Source of the DNA: Firmicutes bacterium ADurb.Bin193
GTDB taxonomy: Bacteria; Bacillota; Clostridia; Monoglobales; Firm-18
Assembly: GCA_002070105.1 (NCBI GenBank)
Contig: MWCQ01000012.1
Coordinates: 6,754-70,753 of the forward strand
Direction: 5' to 3'
DNA length: 64,000 bases
In this document: positions 36,632 through 43,926 of the stretch, in pieces
Layout: each line of letters begins with the position of its first letter
Position numbering within the stretch: the first letter of the stretch is position 1
The notes under the pieces: model-generated
What the model saw: the letters and a program-made list of their open reading frames with translations, nothing else
Databases searched by the model: none
What the model was told of the DNA's origin: nothing
Position numbers and translations under genes: made by a program

Positions 36632-36650
36632 AAAAAGGGAGGAAAGCATA

Positions 36651-37541
36651 TTGGATACAAAAGTTGTAAAAGATATTTGTAGGGAGAAATGGGCAGCAGG
36701 GTTTGATGAGGATACAAAAACAAAGAAAGCATTAGCTCAATTTGATGTTTGGCTTGCTCAAATACCTGATAAATACAAAGAACTGAGTCTTGTTTTAATT
36801 CAAAATCTTGAATATTTTCCCCGAGACTTAATAAACAAGTTGCTGATGGAATTACATAAGAAGCTGATTAAACTGCCAGCCATTAGTGATGATAATACAA
36901 TATATGCATATATCAAGTCAAAAGACGGAAAAACGAATAGTTCGGATGAGTATTGGACAATGTACAAGTTATTGAATGATGTTAATCGTGAGTTTTGCTA
37001 TGAGAATATAAATGCCATAAATAATTGGCAATGGGCATATGTGAAAAATATTGTGTTTATTGACGATTTCAGTGGAACTGGAAAAAGTATAATCAAGGAG
37101 TTGAAAAAGAATGAAAGTCGTTATATAGGAAAGAATATATATTTTATTACAATTTGTGTGATGGAAGATGCAATTCAAAAAATCAAGAATTATTCTAAAT
37201 TAAAAAAAATGAATATAGTACCAGTCTTTTGTTTTATGCATAAGAAAACTTTTGCACGAGAATTATTTGAAAACAATGAAGACGCCAAAGACTCATTTAT
37301 CGCCTTGACAACATATTTAAAAATACCAGAGTGGGAATATCCATTAGGATTTGAAAAATCGGAGGCGCTTGTTGCTTTTCATAATAACACTCCAAACAAC
37401 ACGCTTTCGATTATCAGATGTGACACCAAAGAATATAAGTCTTTATTTCCACGCAGGCATGAGAATAAACCTTTTTGGGATAAAATGAAATCACAAAGCA
37501 AAGGCAGAAAAGTTGCAAACTATAAAAATAAATTTGTGTAA
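36651..37541 (+). CDS. Phosphoribosyltransferase (PRTase)-like retron accessory protein
   Basis: NIVFIDDFSGTGKSII resembles the PRPP-binding loop of type I PRTases. TTG start at 36651 lies 8 nt after GGGAGG (ORF-track start 36615 is inside the repeat array). Confidence 0.55.
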   Translation: MDTKVVKDICREKWAAGFDEDTKTKKALAQFDVWLAQIPDKYKELSLVLIQNLEYFPRDLINKLLMELHKKLIKLPAISDDNTIYAYIKSKDGKTNSSDEYWTMYKLLNDVNREFCYENINAINNWQWAYVKNIVFIDDFSGTGKSIIKELKKNESRYIGKNIYFITICVMEDAIQKIKNYSKLKKMNIVPVFCFMHKKTFARELFENNEDAKDSFIALTTYLKIPEWEYPLGFEKSEALVAFHNNTPNNTLSIIRCDTKEYKSLFPRRHENKPFWDKMKSQSKGRKVANYKNKFV

Positions 37542-37554
37542 AGGGGATGAATCT

Positions 37555-37878
37555 GTGGTTAATTATCAGAAACAACTAGCACTGCTCTATTTTAAAACGT
37601 CTGGTAATGAATATGACTTATTAGAACTTATGCAACTCTTGGGGTTGCGGCAAAATCAACTGGATTTGATTTTATCAGAACTAAAAAAAGATGGTTTTAT
37701 TTGTATCAGTAATTATGAAATCACAATTACTGAAAAAGGAATCCTACATCTTGCTGCAAATAATGTCTCCAGCAATGCAGATGATGGAATACAATATCCG
37801 TTAAAGAATATCGTGAGTGAAAACTTGATGCCGTTGAACGAACCATATGTACCCAAGAAGTTTTTAACTAAAATATAA
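37555..37878 (+). CDS. Small winged-helix DNA-binding protein (retron accessory)
   Basis: DLLELMQLLGLRQNQLDLILSELKKDGFICISNYEITITEKG. GTG 37555 follows AAAGGGGA; the alternative ATG 37513 overlaps the upstream gene. Confidence 0.5.
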   Translation: MVNYQKQLALLYFKTSGNEYDLLELMQLLGLRQNQLDLILSELKKDGFICISNYEITITEKGILHLAANNVSSNADDGIQYPLKNIVSENLMPLNEPYVPKKFLTKI

Positions 37879-37884
37879 AACGAT

Positions 37885-38092
37885 TAATATATGCATGGAA
37901 TAGAAGGCGAATGACAAGTTGTCATTCTTAGCAAAAATGTTTCTTTGTCCCATAGTATGATTCTTTCAAAGAAATAATCATACTATGAAACCATTGGAAC
38001 TGCAATGGTTTCACGCATCCGCACTTTATCTTTATTTGCAATAAAGATAAAGTATGTTTCAATATCAGAATTAGTATTTCATGCAAATATTA
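37885..38092 (+). ncRNA. Retron msr-msd-like ncRNA, unit 1
   Basis: Flanking inverted repeat TGCATGGAATA (37892-37902) / TATTTCATGCA (38075-38085, one G-U), extendable with AT pairs. Conserved TAGAAGGCGAA. Hairpins at 37909-37927, 37951-37987, 37987-38012 and 38023-38053. Conserved CAGAATTAGTATT. Confidence 0.55.
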
Positions 38093-38093
38093 T

Positions 38094-38273
38094 AAGTGCG
38101 CTATATAGAAGGCGAAAAGCAAGTTGCTTTTCACAGTTGCAAAGTTTCTTTGTATTACATCTTTTGAATTCAAAGACTTCAAAAGATGTAACCAATTGGA
38201 ATTGCAATTGGTTACATCAATATTACTAGTAATATTGATGTATGTTAATAACAGAATTAGTATTAGCGCACTT
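38094..38273 (+). ncRNA. Retron msr-msd-like ncRNA, unit 2 (directly upstream of the RT)
   Basis: Perfect 10-nt inverted repeat AAGTGCGCTA (38094-38103) / TAGCGCACTT (38264-38273), in a2/a1 fashion. TAGAAGGCGAA. Hairpins at 38114-38132, 38155-38191, 38192-38211 and 38213-38242. CAGAATTAGTATT. The RT RBS and ATG follow at 38280 and 38291. Confidence 0.65.
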
Positions 38274-38290
38274 TCATTTAGGAGAACGCC

Positions 38291-39307
38291 ATGGAAAATT
38301 ATATTGATAGGCTTAAAATATTATTAAGAGAGTCTGGATACGGCAAGCATTATTCAGAAAAATGTATCGAATATGCAAGACGATTAATCGAAAATAATCT
38401 ACCAGTGATATTCGATATAGACCATTTTTCGTTGGTCAGTGGTGCGCCCAAAGAACTGATTTTAAAAATACTGTTTGCAGATTCAAATTATTATTCGCTG
38501 GCTCAAATACCTAAAAAATCCGGTGGATTCAGAGACTTGCATATTCCGTCGGTAGAATTAAAGTATTTACAATGTTGGATTTTAGATAATATTCTTATTA
38601 AAGTGCAAATTTCACCATATGCGACAGGTTTTTGCAATAATAAATCAATCATTGATAATGCAAAAATGCACATTGGTAGCGAATGCATTTTGAATATGGA
38701 TATTAAAGATTTCTTCCCCTCTATTAAATTCACAATGGTATTTAGAATTTTTGCATATTACGGATACACAAAAGAGCTTTCCTTTGTATTTGCAAAGTTA
38801 TGCACATATGAAGATTCTTTGCCTCAGGGCTCTCCTGCGAGTCCGTGTATTTCCAATATAGTAAGCTTGAGAATTGATAAAAGGCTTTCGCTATTAGCCG
38901 AGAAATACAACGCTTGTTATTCGAGATATGCAGATGATATAACTTTTTCCGGAAATGGCGGAATCAAAAAGTTGATAGAAATCACCGCCAAAATATTAAC
39001 AGAAGAAGGGTTTTCTTTAAACACAAAAAAAACTAGAATGCAATTTTCGCACCAGCGCCAAGAAGTTACTGGATTGATCATTAATGGTGGCACTATTAGA
39101 GTGAATAAGAAATATAAGCGTGATTTATATCAAATATGCTATTATTGTAAAAAATTTGGTGTTGATAGCCATCTACAAAAAATCAAATGCAACAAAAGTT
39201 TTTATAAAGAGCATTTATATGGAAAAGCATATTTTGTGAACATGGTAGAACCTGAGGAAGGTAAAAAACTTTTTAAAATACTAAATGAAATTCAATGGGA
39301 TTATTGA
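38291..39307 (+). CDS. Retron-type reverse transcriptase
   Basis: GGFRDLHIP, NAKMH (retron NAxxH), NMDIKDFFPSI, LPQGSPASP, YSRYADDITFS (YADD), QEVTGLIIN (VTG). 338 aa. Confidence 0.9.
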   Translation: MENYIDRLKILLRESGYGKHYSEKCIEYARRLIENNLPVIFDIDHFSLVSGAPKELILKILFADSNYYSLAQIPKKSGGFRDLHIPSVELKYLQCWILDNILIKVQISPYATGFCNNKSIIDNAKMHIGSECILNMDIKDFFPSIKFTMVFRIFAYYGYTKELSFVFAKLCTYEDSLPQGSPASPCISNIVSLRIDKRLSLLAEKYNACYSRYADDITFSGNGGIKKLIEITAKILTEEGFSLNTKKTRMQFSHQRQEVTGLIINGGTIRVNKKYKRDLYQICYYCKKFGVDSHLQKIKCNKSFYKEHLYGKAYFVNMVEPEEGKKLFKILNEIQWDY

Positions 39308-39316
39308 GGTGATAAT

Positions 39317-39892
39317 ATGGAATTGGAAAAGGCAAATAAGATAATCAATGATTTAGAGTTGCTTATCAATGGCATTGATCCATCTACTAATCATAAATTT
39401 GAGGTTGATACAATATTAAATAACAAATATAACAACCTTCTTTTAAGAGAAGTTCATAAAATGCTTTCCGAATACATGAAAGTTTGTGATATTAATCATG
39501 CTTTTGACAAACGAAGAAAACAATTTTTTCACATTGATGATTTACGGAAGAAAGAAATACCAATTTCAGAAGACGCAATTCCAATTAGTACTTTTGCATA
39601 TACACTTAATGATTTTATTGACACCACAACGATGAAAAAAGTAAAAGCATCTGAGATAACCAAGTGGCTAATGATTGAGGGTTACTTAGAAGAAACAGAA
39701 CACGATGACGGTAAGGTATTCAAAATTCTTACAGCTAAAGCTAGTGAAATTGGTATGATAAAGAAAACAAAAAAGAATTCTTACGGAAGAACTTATGATG
39801 TAAACTTATACAGTGCTAAGGCACAGAAGTTCATTGTTGATAATTTGGATACTATCTCACACTTCATTAAAACACACTTTACAAATGCATAA
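39317..39892 (+). CDS. Hypothetical 191-aa protein downstream of the RT (possible DNA-binding accessory)
   Basis: Starts 9 nt after the RT stop. The C-terminal half (ASEITKWLMIEGYLEE...DGKVFKILTAKASEIGM...YGRTYDVNLYSAKAQKFIVDNL) looks like a small helical DNA-binding module, but I cannot name the family. Confidence 0.45.
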   Translation: MELEKANKIINDLELLINGIDPSTNHKFEVDTILNNKYNNLLLREVHKMLSEYMKVCDINHAFDKRRKQFFHIDDLRKKEIPISEDAIPISTFAYTLNDFIDTTTMKKVKASEITKWLMIEGYLEETEHDDGKVFKILTAKASEIGMIKKTKKNSYGRTYDVNLYSAKAQKFIVDNLDTISHFIKTHFTNA

Positions 39893-40051
39893 AGATATTA
39901 TTGAAGAAGACATACATTGAAATTCCTATTATGGATAATATGACACAATTGATCATTAATGAAATTATTTTATCTCATATGTCATATTAATCGCTTTCAT
40001 ATTATATTTGGGAAGTGTCATAAAACCGTATAATTCTAAAAGTACTGTAGT

Positions 40052-40084
40052 AGCAGGTGCCATGAATGACACCTGCTATTTTAT
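40052..40084 (+). terminator. Rho-independent terminator closing the retron operon
   Basis: AGCAGGTG-CCATGAATGA-CACCTGCT followed by ATTTTATT. Confidence 0.6.
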
Positions 40085-40092
40085 TAAATCAG

Positions 40093-40671
40093 CTAGTCGT
40101 ATTCTTCCACATCCACTGTCACGCCGGACTTGAATTCCACAGTGAATTTTTCCTCGTAGACGGTGACCTTCTCAATCAACCTCCGAACAAGCTGCTCATC
40201 ATATTTGGTAAGAGCGGTGGATTGTTTCTTTAGGAATGTGCTCATGTCAGCAATCCGCTTTTTGAGCTCATCACGATTGGCGCTTTCAAGCTGGAGCTTT
40301 TGTTTTTGGTCACGCAGGTGGTGAATCTCGTCGCCGACCTTTGCATAATCGGCATTAGAAGTGGCAAGCCTAAGAAGTTCTGTCTGCAGCTCCTCCAGTC
40401 GCTTATCAATATCCGCCAGGCCCTTATTGCTTTCATGGCTTATTACAGCGGCAACATTGTCCCGCAGGGTAATGAGAAAGCTGTCCTTATCGCATAGTGT
40501 CCGATTGATGGCGGTGACAAGCACCTGCTCAATTTGGCTTCTCAAAAAATCTATGGAGCGGGAATTGACAGAAAAATTCATTCCATCGCTTACCGTGCCA
40601 CAAAGGCGGAATGTCTTGATTTGCCGGAAACAACGGATATCATACGCAACGGTAAGGTTGAGCGGCAACAC
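40093..40671 (-). pseudogene. C-terminal fragment of a large serine recombinase (catalytic N-terminal domain missing)
   Basis: Coiled-coil and C-terminal region typical of large serine recombinases: ...LEELQTELLRLATSNADYAKVGDEIHHLRDQKQKLQLE...YDEQLVRRLIEKVTVYEEKFTVEFKSGVTVDV. No resolvase domain upstream; an IS fragment abuts instead. Confidence 0.65.
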
Positions 40672-40836
40672 AGGACTGATGAAAAGCGTTTCTATAAGAA
40701 GATGAGAATGTATAGCCTTGAAGATGGCAGACAGCAGCTTGCGAGGTATAACAAATGGTCAAATACTATACCCAAAATATGCTTAAGTTTTCTTATCCCT
40801 AATGAAGTACTGGAAAAGTATTTAGGCACTATCTAA
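40651..40836 (+). pseudogene. C-terminal fragment of a DDE (rve-type integrase core) IS transposase
   Basis: NGKVERQHRTDEKRFY...SLEDGRQQLARYNKWSN resembles the ...NGKVER.HRT...(F/Y)......L..YN tail of rve-domain transposases. No N-terminal part is present. Confidence 0.5.
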
Positions 40837-41279
40837 AAGGCATTATATTTTTTTGGAGCAACTGTCAACCATCATTGACACTTTAAGAAATAAAAAAAAT
40901 GGGAAAATTTGAAAAATGACTTGACAAAACAATAAATATGTGATATAAATAGATATAGTTTAGCACTCAATCGTTATAAGGGCTGATAATTATAAGTAAA
41001 TAAACGGCAATAATAATGTACGGCGCTAAATCCATACAATAAGAATCGGGAAAACCTATTTTATAGAGTTAACAAAAAATTTAAAGAAGAAAATTTCTTT
41101 ATTACATCTGTTTTTAACTTAAATTATTACTTCGGTAGAGTGTTATATAATCTATAAATATTAAAGCACTGTATGTTAAGTATGGCGCTTTTTCTGTTAT
41201 TTTTCATAAGCACGCTATTTTCATGCTGCGTTTTCGACATTAAGCAGAAATTAAAAAATATCAAAACGAGGTGAAAAGA

Positions 41280-43133
41280 ATGCAGGCTTTAATATTAGCG
41301 GCAGGAATGGGAAAAAGACTAAAGGAGTTGACGAAAGATTCAGCCAAATGCATGGTTAAAGTCAATGGGAAAACTTTGATTGAGAGGATGCTCCGACAAC
41401 TTGACGCACTTGAACTGACAAAAATTGTTATTGTCGTTGGATACAAAGCGGAAGAACTTATTTCTTTTATCAATACACTTAATATTCAAACACCCATGGC
41501 ATTTGTTCATAACGAAATTTATTCAAAAACAAACAATATCTATTCATTGTATCTGGCGCGGGATTACCTCCTAAAAGATGACACGCTGCTTCTGGAGTCG
41601 GATTTGATATTCAGCGAAGGCGCTTTAAGAAAGATTATTAAAAATACATATCCGAATCTGGCATTGGTAGCCAAATACGAAAATTGGATGGACGGAACCG
41701 TTGTCACTATAGACAGCCAAAAAAATATAACGAATTTTATAGAAAAAAAAGAATTCGACTTTGCAAACACGAAGCAATATTATAAAACCGTAAATATTTA
41801 TAAATTCAGTAAACAATTTTGCCGATTATATTATGTTCCTTTCCTTAAAGCGTATATTGAATCCCAGGGCAGCAATGAATATTATGAACAGGTGCTTAAG
41901 GTGCTACGGCTAATCAAAAAGTCTTCGATAAAAGCGGAGGTCCTTGAAGATGAAGCCTGGTATGAAATCGACGACATACAGGATTTAGACATAGCGGAGT
42001 CCATATTTTCCGAAGAAAGATTTAACAAAATACGGAGCAGATACGGCGGATATTGGAGATATCCCAAACTGATTGATTTTTGTTATCTTGTCAATCCTTT
42101 TTATCCTCCCAAAAAAATGATTGATGAAATTAAAGCAAACATTGAGGTGCTTATCGGCAACTATCCGTCCGGAATAGAAGTAAACAGTCTTATAGCAGGA
42201 AAATATTACGGTATCAAAAAAGAACATGTTTGTCCGGGTAACGGTGCGGCGGAACTCATCAATTCGCTTATGAAAACAATTAATGGCAACATTGGTGTCA
42301 TTTTCCCGACTTTTGAGGAATATCCGAACCGTATAAGCAAAAATTCCATCGTGCCTTATTATCCGAAAAACAGGAATTTTACATATAAATGCGAAGAATT
42401 AATAGAATATTATAAAAATTCCAATATAAAAGCCCTGCTGCTCATTAACCCCGACAACCCTTCCGGCAATTTTATAAACAAGGCTGAATTGCTGCGACTG
42501 GCAACATGGGCGGAACAAAAGGGCATAAGACTGATAGTGGATGAGTCATTCGTGGATTTTGCGGATGCATCGGAGTCTCAATCTCTTATTTCGGAAGCTG
42601 TTCTTCAAAAGTACAAACATCTGGTCGTTGTAAAAAGCATTTCAAAATCGTTCGGGATAGCCGGACTGCGTCTTGGGTTTATTTGTAGCGCCGATGAGGA
42701 ATTGATTGATTTTATCAAAAAAGATATATCAATTTGGAATATAAATTCAATAGCCGAATTTTATCTTCAGATTTGCGAAAAATACACCAATGATTACAAT
42801 TCGGCACTTGAAAGATTTAAATTCATCAGAGAAGAATTTTTAGAAAAATTAAGATGTGTACCTAATCTCAGAGTTATACCTACGCAGGCAAATTTCGTAA
42901 TGTGCGAAGTGCTTGGCGACTATTCGGCAAAAAAATTGTCCGAAATCCTGCTGTACAAGCATAACATACTGATAAAAGACTTGTCGGCAAAAAAAGGAGT
43001 CGGCGGTGAATATATCAGAGTTGCGGTTAAAACCGGTGAGGAAAACAGTTTATTGGTAGCCGCACTCAATAATGTACTCGGACAAGAAAGCAAAGCAAAT
43101 TTTAGGTTTGTAAGGCAGGAGGCTATTATATGA
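41280..43133 (+). CDS. Fusion of a LicC-like nucleotidyl(cytidylyl)transferase and a class I/II (HisC/CobD-like) PLP aminotransferase/decarboxylase
   Basis: N-terminal LILAAGMGKRLKELT...VVGYK. C-terminal NPDNPSG and VVKSISKSFGIAGLRLGF (PLP-Lys). ATG 41280 follows GAGGTGA. Confidence 0.7.
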   Translation: MQALILAAGMGKRLKELTKDSAKCMVKVNGKTLIERMLRQLDALELTKIVIVVGYKAEELISFINTLNIQTPMAFVHNEIYSKTNNIYSLYLARDYLLKDDTLLLESDLIFSEGALRKIIKNTYPNLALVAKYENWMDGTVVTIDSQKNITNFIEKKEFDFANTKQYYKTVNIYKFSKQFCRLYYVPFLKAYIESQGSNEYYEQVLKVLRLIKKSSIKAEVLEDEAWYEIDDIQDLDIAESIFSEERFNKIRSRYGGYWRYPKLIDFCYLVNPFYPPKKMIDEIKANIEVLIGNYPSGIEVNSLIAGKYYGIKKEHVCPGNGAAELINSLMKTINGNIGVIFPTFEEYPNRISKNSIVPYYPKNRNFTYKCEELIEYYKNSNIKALLLINPDNPSGNFINKAELLRLATWAEQKGIRLIVDESFVDFADASESQSLISEAVLQKYKHLVVVKSISKSFGIAGLRLGFICSADEELIDFIKKDISIWNINSIAEFYLQICEKYTNDYNSALERFKFIREEFLEKLRCVPNLRVIPTQANFVMCEVLGDYSAKKLSEILLYKHNILIKDLSAKKGVGGEYIRVAVKTGEENSLLVAALNNVLGQESKANFRFVRQEAII

Positions 43134-43762
43134 CCGTTAAACACAACAGTGAATATACAATGCTTTATTTTCTGAAGGATCTGCCTAATATTTGCTCACT
43201 TACAGGCCTTTTAAGCTCCTTTATAGGTATTTACTTCTCCATAACAGGGAAATATCTTTATGCGCTGATAGGCGTTCTTTGGTCGGTGTTATTTGACTGG
43301 GCGGACGGGATTATAGCCCGCAATCTTAAAAATCGCACGGATTATCAGCGGGCTGTCGGCGCTCAGCTTGACTCTCTAATCGATATTGTAAGCTTTAGCA
43401 TTTTCCCGGCAATTTTTTTGTTAAGCTATGGAAAATTCAATCCGCTTTTTTTGCCGGGAGCATTCCTTATTGTAAGCGGAGGCGCCCTCAGATTAAGCTA
43501 TTTCAATGTTTTCGGAATGATTGATAAAACTACATACAGAGGGCTGGCTTTGGATAACAATGTAATTATACTATCCTTTGTTTTTATATTTGAAAGATTT
43601 TTTTCGCATCAGATATTTTCAGTCTTTATCTATATTGTTCTGATGTTCCTTCTTGTCTTTAATTTAGCGCCCGTTCGCACATGTAAATTCGGTGAAAAAT
43701 GCTTTTATATACTTGTTGCATATACTATAATAATGTCAATTTATTTTGCCCGGATTCAATGA
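43130..43762 (+). CDS. CDP-alcohol phosphatidyltransferase family membrane protein
   Basis: DWADGIIARNLKNRTDYQRAVGAQLDSLIDIVSF (D..DG..AR...G...D...D), multiple TM helices, and an ATGA overlap with the upstream gene. Confidence 0.75.
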   Translation: MTVKHNSEYTMLYFLKDLPNICSLTGLLSSFIGIYFSITGKYLYALIGVLWSVLFDWADGIIARNLKNRTDYQRAVGAQLDSLIDIVSFSIFPAIFLLSYGKFNPLFLPGAFLIVSGGALRLSYFNVFGMIDKTTYRGLALDNNVIILSFVFIFERFFSHQIFSVFIYIVLMFLLVFNLAPVRTCKFGEKCFYILVAYTIIMSIYFARIQ

Positions 43763-43800
43763 TTAATTTATCGGTGGTCGTTATGTACCTTGCCAAAGCC

Positions 43801-43829
43801 TTGACAATATCTGAAAAGTCGAATAAAAT
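43801..43829 (+). promoter_or_regulatory. Candidate sigma-A promoter for glnS
   Basis: TTGACA (43801-43806), 17-nt spacer, TAAAAT (43824-43829). Confidence 0.5.
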
Positions 43830-43926
43830 ATATAATGGCTTGTTGGAAGGGTATTATCTTTGTTAATTGGACAAGCCCCTTTTAGAATAACGGGTTTTTA
43901 ACATAACGAAAAAGAAGGGGAAGAGG

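Larger units (their letters stand above)
20400..40090 (+). other. AT-richer defence-gene island (ABC-3C-like set, DUF4338/FtsK cluster, retron)
   Basis: All genes are on the plus strand. Sampled lines look clearly AT-richer than the phage block. Flanked at 40.1-40.8 kb by recombinase and IS remnants. Confidence 0.7.

Noticed and set aside
39938-39987. 9-bp inverted repeat AATATGACA...TGTCATATT downstream of the retron operon
   Set aside because: It is short and AT-rich with a 32-nt loop, so it could easily arise by chance in this composition. The clear terminator hairpin lies further downstream at 40052-40084.
40837-41270. tRNA or attachment site in the AT-rich gap after the IS fragment
   Set aside because: I found no cloverleaf-compatible sequence (no GTTCGAATC-like T-arm) and no repeat matching the 20.4-kb boundary. 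There is only a promoter-like TTGACA-17-TATAAA at 40921-40949 with no obvious downstream gene.
43830-43926. T-box or other riboswitch leader upstream of glnS
   Set aside because: The leader from the predicted promoter is only about 95 nt, and it shows no specifier/antiterminator architecture or T-box consensus.
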